Assembly: GCF_009914755.1 (NCBI RefSeq)
Contig: NC_060935.1
Source: the human T2T-CHM13v2.0 reference genome, Homo sapiens
Strand: one strand, 5' to 3'
DNA: 64,000 nt
Below the pieces are notes generated by a model. It worked only from the letters and a program-made list of their open reading frames with translations, made no database searches and was not told the origin of the DNA. Positions 60,141 through 64,000 of this stretch are shown piece after piece. Both the position numbers and the translations under genes were made by a program. Position 1 is the stretch's first letter; each line of letters starts with the position of its first letter.

Positions 60141-60268
60141 GTCTTGGAGGTTAAAAAGAGGTGAGGAATCTCCACTGGGGGGGATTGAGCCTCACACAAA
60201 CCTCCAGTAGTAGGGAAGGTGAGAAATTTCCAGTAAGGGAAATTGAGCCTCACCTCAAAACCATCAAG

Positions 60269-61490
60269 ATGGGAAATACCCCAAGTAAGGTAAGAGATAA
60301 AAAGAATAAAGCTAGCAACAATAATATTCCCCCTAATAATCCCCTAGGCCTAATGTTAAAATATTAGAAGGAAAAAACCAAAAACAAGAAAAAGCAGCTG
60401 CAGTCCCAGACCCTTCTCTTGTCCCTGTTGTCCCCCTCCTTATAATCCTGCTTCTTGGGAATCATCCCAAGAGCCCACTCACTACCAGCCTAAGTACCCT
60501 TCCCTAAAAGGACTTCAACATGAGATAGAGCAGTGTAAAAAGGATATCCAGAACTTCCCTTTCCCCTCTTCTCAGGGGGAAGAAAGAGGCATGATCTGTA
60601 GAGCTGCTATGGGAGCCTAGGAACGTGAACACCCTCCTGGCCAAAATGTTCCTACAGCAGATCAAAAATATCCCACCCAAGACCCCCAGTGGGATAATAA
60701 CAATGCAGCCTACCAAGAAAATATGCAGGACCTTAGGGAATTAATAAAGGGGCTTAAATAATCAGTACCCCGAACCCAGAATCTTACCCAAACATTTGAT
60801 ATACAGCAAGGGAAAGATGAAGGATCTATAGAATTTTTAGACAGATTAAAGGAACAAATGAGAAAATAGGCTGGTCTAGGTCTCGAGGATCCTCTTGGGC
60901 AGGGAATGTTAAAACTTCACTTTGTCACTAAGTTGGCCAGATATTAACAAGAAATTACAAAAGACAGAGAACTAGAAAGATAAACCTATAGAAGAGCTTA
61001 TAAGAGAAGCCCAACAAGTATTTGTAAGAAGAGATGAAGAAAAACAAAAGCAGAAGGCAAAAATTCTGCTGTCCACCATACAATAAAGTACCCAGGGGGC
61101 CAGAACCTATAAAAAAAAGCCTAGACCCCCACTCTCCAGGCAATATAAAGGGTACAAAAGAGTAAAGCCAGGAGACTCAAAGGTAGAGAAAAAAATTCTA
61201 AGAGGAGAGAGAAAGACTGACAGAGGGAACAGAGAGAGTCATAGAGACAGAGAGTCAAAGAGAGAGAAGGAAAGAGAGAGAGAGAAAGAGACAGAGAGGC
61301 AAAGAGGGAGTCAGAGAGAGAGAGAAAGAGAGAGACAGAGAGAGAGAGAGAGGCAGAGAGAGAAAGAGACAGAGAGGCAAAGAGAGAGGGAGAGGCAAAG
61401 GGAAAGAAAGAGGACAAAACAAATGTTTCAAATTAAAAATAGGCCACTTCAAAAGAGAATGTCCCAAATGGGAAAAAGAACAAAAGTCAT
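60269..61490 (+). pseudogene. gag: Degraded gammaretroviral gag
   Basis: MGNTPSK myristoylation start; PLGLMLKY; PPYNP; MHR QQGKDEGSIEFLDRLKEQM; knuckle CFK..GHFKRECP; stops and deletions. Confidence 0.85.
61200..61415 (+). repeat. (GA)n-rich purine tract within the gag NC region
   Basis: AGAGAG and GACAGAGAGGCAAAG degenerate units. Confidence 0.9.
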
Positions 61491-61499
61491 ACATAAAAG

Positions 61500-63360
61500 C
61501 AAATCAGCTAATATTAAATTTCTGTTAATTCCGGTAGCAGGGGGAAGAGATTTAATGCTAAAATTAAGCTTAGGCCTCCAAATCAATCATGGAAAATTCC
61601 TCCCCTCCCTAAACTTGCTCACCACTGCAGACGAAGAACACATTCATCCCGAGATACGGCCAAAAGACGGGAATCAAGGAAAGTTACAGATTCCTCTGAT
61701 TCATGTTAAATTAAAAACCCCTGGGGAAATAGTAAAGAGAAAGCAATGTACCTTATTCCTTTAAAAGCTAGGGTAAATTTAAAACCTATAATTGATAATT
61801 GAAGGTCTTCTCCGTGATGGGCTCCTTAAACCCTGTATGTCTCCCTATAACATTCCAATACTGCCTGTAAAGAAGCCAGATTGGTCATACTGGTTAGTGC
61901 AAGACCTTAGAGCTATTAATCAAATAGTCCAAACTACACACCCTGTTGTTCCCAATTCTTATAGTATTATCAGTAAGATCCCAAGCTGTCACCAGTGGTT
62001 TACAGTAATAGATTTAAAAGATGCCTTCTGGGCTTGTCCGTTAGCAGAGGACAGCCAGGATGTATTTGCCTTTGAGTGAGAAGACCCTCAGTCCGGTCGA
62101 AAATAGCAATGCCGATAGCCTTACCCCCAAGGGTTTACAGTCTCCAAATTTATTTAGTCAAATATTAGAACAAGTCATTTAATTAGCAAAGGTAAATGGA
62201 AAATTGAGCTTGAACGGATTGAAGGCATCATATCCTTGCCTTTGCCAGAGACTAAACAAGAACTTAGAAAAGTTTAGGATTAGTCGGGTACTGTCATCTT
62301 ATGGATAGACTCTTATGCCCTAAAAACAAAACCCTGATACAAAAAGCTCACGCAAGATGGGCCAAAACCCCTCATTTGGCAATTACCAGAAATCCAACAG
62401 GTAGAAAGGTTAAAACATCTGTTAGTAACTGCCCCTGTCCTAGCTTTACCCTCCTTAAGCAGCCATTCCATCTTATTGTCACTGTAAACAAGAGTGTAGC
62501 CTTAGAAGTACTTACCCAAAAGCACGGAGGCCACTGACAACCCGTAGCCTTCCTATCAAAAATCTTTAACCCAGTAACCCACGGATGGCCCAAATGCATT
62601 CAATCTGTAGCGGCAACTGCTTTGCTAACAGAATAAAGTAGAAAAATAACTTTTGGAGGAAACCTCGTTGTGAGCACACCTCACCAGGTCAGAACTATCC
62701 TAAGTCGGAAAGCAAAAAGGTAGCTTACTGACTCAAGAATCTTAAAGTATGAGGCTATTCTGTTAGAAAAAAGATGCTTTAACATTAACCACTGATAATT
62801 TGCTTAACCCAGCAAGTTTCCAAACAGGGGATCCAAATCTAAAGAGAGAGCACACATGTTTAGATTTAACTGATTATCATACAATGGTCCAACTAGACCT
62901 AGGAGAAACTCGCTTCAGGATGGAATGACACTTATTTATAAATGGTTCCTCCCAGGTGGTTGAGGGAAAAAGACACAATGGGTATTAAGTAATTGATAGA
63001 GAAACTCTTACAGAAATAGAGTTAGGAAAATTGCCTAACAATTGGTCTGCTCAAACGTGTGAGCTGTTTGCATTCAGCCAAGCCCTAAAGTACTTACAGA
63101 ACCAGGAAGGAACCATCTATACCGATTCTAAGTACACCTTTGGAGTGGCTCATACATTTGGAAAAATTTGGACTGAATGAGGTCTTATTAATAGCAAAGG
63201 CCAAGACCTGGTCCGCAAGGAATTAATCACCCAAGTATTACATAACTTTCAATTGCCAAAAGAAATAGCTATTGTCCATGTTCCCAGACACTAGAAAAGC
63301 CTTCCTTTTGAAAGTCGAGGAAATAACCTAGTAGATCAGATAGCCAAACAGGCTACTGTT
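61500..63360 (+). pseudogene. pol: Degraded pro-pol (protease C-terminus, RT, RNase H)
   Basis: GRDLMLKL; PYNIPILPVKKPD..LVQDLRAIN; FTVIDLKDAFW; LPQGF; RNase H SAQTCEL, IYTDSKY, GNNLVD; many stops and frameshifts. Confidence 0.9.
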
Positions 63361-64000
63361 TCTTAGCTGTACAACTGGCCTGCTTTGCAGCTAGGACACA
63401 TGGAGTTAAATGCTACAATAAGCCAGACCTTATCCGAACTTCTGTTAGGTCCTAGGCTCTACACCTAGCACATAATTAAAATCCCAAACTTACAAGGTTT
63501 TCAACAAAAGTAAAGTTTGCTAAAGTTTGTTACAGTGTAACATGTATTATCTTAACTTCTAATCTTGGGGCCTTAGGCAGTCTAGTCCACAGACATGAAG
63601 GAAGTTTGCTTTGGGAAAGAATGTTTATCATCTTTGACATTAAAAAAGGAGAATTTATGTAAAAAGAATTTTATATGGTAAATTCTTGTCCTAAAGTAAA
63701 TTAACTGTTGTTTAAAGAAAGGAATGTTTACAACAAGTCAGAAAGTTAAGACATGTCAAAGATTGTCTGTGAAAGTCGTGAAAAATGTTATAAAAGGGAA
63801 TTTATGCAAGAAATGTTCTATAATTTAAAAGTAATTAGGTCTCCTGAATGTAAAACTATTGAAGAAATAGTTTATGTGCAAGGTGTGTAAGGAAAGTAAA
63901 ATATACTTTTGGTAACAGCATTATAAGGAGGCATAAGAATGTGGATTTTTACCTACATTAAAAGGTTAAAAAATTGTTTTGAAGGTTTAAGCAAGTTTTG

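Larger units (their letters stand above)
59714..64000 (+). mobile_element. HERV-IP (HERVIP10F/FH-like) internal region, continues beyond the window
   Basis: LTR10 plus PBS, leader, degraded gag-pro-pol, then non-coding MER4-group-like internal sequence. Confidence 0.85.

Noticed and set aside
59574-60253. Antisense ORFs of 178 and 116 aa over the ERV leader
   Set aside because: Open because of the tandem repeat; no recognisable product

Overview
Human non-coding, repeat-dense genomic DNA: two AluYa5 copies point to human, since that subfamily is human-specific. I recognise no protein-coding host gene, RNA gene or CpG island. Every ORF in the track that I can assign comes from Alu, L1, ERV or simple repeats; the rest are short and unrecognised. 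The window is a layered record of transposons. It holds ancient HAL1/L1M, L2, MIR and hAT/Tigger DNA elements, ERVL/MaLR and ERV1 LTRs, L1MA/L1PB/L1PA fragments, about 17 Alus, an internally deleted ERVL, and from 59.6 kb a degraded HERV-IP (LTR10/HERVIP10) element that runs off the right edge. The most notable structures are (i) the HERV-IP copy, whose 5' LTR appears to start at R and lack U3, suggesting an L1-mobilised processed ERV; (ii) a chimeric Alu in which AluYa5 sequence has replaced most of the left arm of an older Alu; (iii) a two-segment locally templated inverted insertion inside an L1MC; (iv) an L1PB with an apparent 3' transduction; and (v) a twin-primed L1. I found no evidence of a new gene system. 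Subfamily names come from remembered consensus features and need RepeatMasker/Dfam confirmation. Boundaries of ancient repeats are approximate.
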